Positions 61,201 through 64,000 of a stretch of 64,000 nt of DNA are shown one piece after another (position 1 is the stretch's first letter; each line of letters starts with the position of its first letter). The stretch is from Ascidiella aspersa. Lineage: Eukaryota. The stretch lies in the NCBI GenBank assembly GCA_963924565.1, contig OZ004608.1, positions 33,418,001 through 33,482,000 of the forward strand, given 5' to 3'. The notes beneath the pieces are model-generated. The model had not been told where the DNA came from. It saw nothing but the letters and a program-made list of their open reading frames with translations, and did not search any database. The translations under genes and the position numbers were made by a program.

Positions 61201-64000
61201 ACGGACCTTTTTTGGGACAAATGCCGTTCGGGTTTAGTTTATTAGGTGTTTTCTCCGAAAGGCTACTGGGGATTTTTTATTTTTGCATTACGCCACTTGT
61301 AAATGCCTTTAAGTTGGAAAATTCTATATTTTTATCAATGGACGAAATATTAAAACAATGGCTATAGGATTTGAATAACTTTCAACTTAACCATGCATTT
61401 ACTTCCATAAGTGTAATTAGGGCGTAAACTTAAGAAAATTAACCCTTTATTCGCATGCTATTTAAATCGAGTAGCGATACGACACAAAAGGGTTATAAAC
61501 GCCAAAGTTGTTTTATGGATAAAATTTTATCGATGTGTTTGCTCGCGTGCACGTCTGTGTATTAAACACAAGCCGCGGCGTATTAAGCAAACGAAGACGC
61601 TCCGTGAAAAACTCACGACTTATACGATACAAAAATACGCAGTTAATTTTTTCCGAAGAACGCAGATCATATTGTGAGTGTGTGCGAATTTGGGTGTGTG
61701 AGTGTGTGTGCATTTGGGTGTGTGAGTGTATGTGCACGTGGGTGGGTACATGTGTGTATGCGGCCGACATCGAACCCACGCTTTATTTTCCAGTGCCCAA
61801 TTGCAACGTTAAACAATAAGGCTTGCAAATGACGAGCGTATAACCAAAGCTCAGAAAACAGACGTCAAATTCAAAAATACTATAGGCTAAGCTAAGGGAA
61901 ACATAGTGGTTTACGTTTCTTGCGCCCAATACACCTTTCCACTATTACGAAATGCTCTTGAAGACAATGGGTAAACCTACATTCTGTTGGATAAATATGG
62001 AGAAAAACCCGCATATAGATTAGAGTTTTCTTTCTTTGCTTTCGTTAACTTGCGGTATTTTAACGATACATTTTTTTATTTAACAGCACTTAATTTCCAA
62101 CTCGATGTATGGGCTCGTTTGGAATTGTCTAAAAATTGATATTCAGGCTGTACTAGTGTATTGTTCTTGCAGCAACAGGCCCACGCAACTATACAATCCA
62201 TTATAAATTTATTGGGCCTTTTTACACAGCAATAAATTAAGCAAATCACTATGGATCAGTTAAACTGGTGATGGCTTTCATTAAAGACCAGTGATTTTAC
62301 ACCGATATTACATGGAACATTACTTAAAATAATAAATTTGTTGCGATACACCTGACGATATTACACAGAACATCAATGGTCCGCGAAACACCGGCTGAAA
62401 ATCACATATGTGATGCCTAGGTCGTCCAACCTATTTTTTTTATTTCTAATGATTTTCGATCAGTTTACCTCTTGCTCTCGAATCTTGGTCAAACCCGGCC
62501 CCTCGATAAAATCATCGCCTTCCGTTTCTTGCTGAGGCAGCTTGCGTTTTGGGGCGCGCCTGTCTTCTCGCGATTCTGAAAAAGCAAAGTTGATTTAAAT
62601 TTTGCCAGTTTTAAGTGGTTTAGTTTCGTTTCGAGATGCAGCAAGGTGCAGTTTCCCACTCTTATTTTGTGAACTTTTTTGCACCTGCATGAAAATAGGA
62701 CCAAATAGAGTCCACTGTTTTTTGCTGCGGCGAAGCCAACTAACCACCGGTTAGGGTGTGGGTTGGGGGACAAATCACTAGGTTATTGAAAAACATTTGT
62801 GGCATTTCAGAAGATTTACAAAAATTTACAAAGACGATAACGAAGTAGGTATTGAGTAAGAATTAAGAGAGCTTGAGTATGCAGTTAGAATGTGGATATA
62901 TAGTTTTTTCCTAATTCCTGTAACCTCATGTTATAGTTGTGCCAATACAGTTGGTTAGTACGAATTAAGAAGGTCTACCTTACGGTTAAATATGGTTGCG
63001 TTTCACCAGTCGCCCGATGTAAGAATCGAATCAACAAACCATTTAAATCGAGGCAAAATGAAGCGTTTAAATTGTGAAGTTTAAGGTAACATATGTATGC
63101 CTCGCAATTCTATCAACGATTTTATCACAAATATCAAAGTTGACCAAGGCGTGAGAGCCGTGTGAACCAAAAGTCTTTAGACAGATTTTCCCAATTCATT
63201 TTCGCTTAGGAAAAATATACACGCAAAAACTTAATAAATGTGTCCCGCGAAACAGAACACTGTTTAAGGTGAGGAAACTTTTCGCATTACGTTGCATTGT
63301 CAACCTGATGTGTAGTGACCGAATGACGCGTGACTAAGGTGCCTTGGTGATATTGTAGAGACTTGAGTAACCCACACTATTACTGCTTAGTCACGAGTAT
63401 ACTTGCAGTGAAAGATATGTCACCAAATGGCTTGCAACGCCCAGTCCTTGCAACAGTTAGCAAGGACTTTTGAAGACCATGATAGGGAAGGCCTTATATC
63501 GGTAAGTGACAGACTCGAAACAGCCTTCGTCAATGGATGACGCTGCTTTCTGTGTGACTGGTGCGTTTGTGTAGTAATACGAAAGTGCTATTGCTAGTTG
63601 TTCGCATTTACACATAAAGTCTATTGCTCAATGCTGAACGAATCTGTTTCAATAGTTAACAAATATACGTCAAATATTTTTTTTTCGAACATTGGCTGAA
63701 AAGGGGTCATGATCATTATGTTCAGAATATACAACGCGCACGGCGTAGAAATTAACATCAGACTGAACTTCAAACCCATTCATGCTATAAGACATTTAGA
63801 CGAATTATTTTGTTAAACCGTTACCTTTGTTTTTTCTTAGTAAAAAAACACGGGGATATTAATAGTTTAAAGTTACACTTCATAACTTAGCGACCACAGA
63901 AGCCAAATTTCCGCATTCACACATGGGCTCTTGTCACCGTTGGCCCAATCCGGTTTGGTCTTTATCAAAATACCTCGGTCTGGATTTCCTAAACCCATCC

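Noticed and set aside
1-64000. Autonomous transposon, retroelement or horizontally acquired prokaryotic operon
   Set aside because: There is no long intronless ORF other than the WFS1 exon, no DDE, RT or integrase motifs, and all genes have spliceosomal introns.

Overview
This is AT-rich, intron-containing animal genomic DNA. It is probably from an invertebrate chordate such as a tunicate, inferred from compact genes, chordate-like proteins and intron positions. I built five spliced protein-coding genes by hand, each with phase-consistent GT-AG exons. (1) The 3' end of a 2OG-Fe(II) oxygenase (+, <1-2068). (2) A complete paralogous 2OG-Fe(II) oxygenase (-, 7827-12398), tail-to-tail with the first. 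(3) Wolframin/WFS1 (+, 14894-19798, ~699 aa, apparently N-terminally shortened). (4) The PP2A B55 subunit PPP2R2 (-, 22258-33505, 455 aa). (5) A proline-rich adaptor with a C-terminal SH2 domain of the SLP-76/BLNK/CLNK family (-, 37097-57386, interrupted by a 525-nt N gap), with an apparent alternative first coding exon. Introns and intergenic DNA carry many non-autonomous DNA transposons: several hAT MITE families with 8-bp TSDs (often nested), a Harbinger-like MITE, and a foldback-like element with a 51-bp minisatellite. There are also two tRNA-derived SINE-like copies. A CpG-rich promoter-like island lies at about 59.8-61.2 kb. The most interesting observations are the convergent WFS1-PPP2R2 pair (as in human WFS1-PPP2R2C) next to a SLP-76-family gene, the two-promoter/two-N-terminus immune adaptor, and a MITE family that carries perfect CRE sites. 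I found no CRISPR array, autonomous transposase or prokaryotic system.
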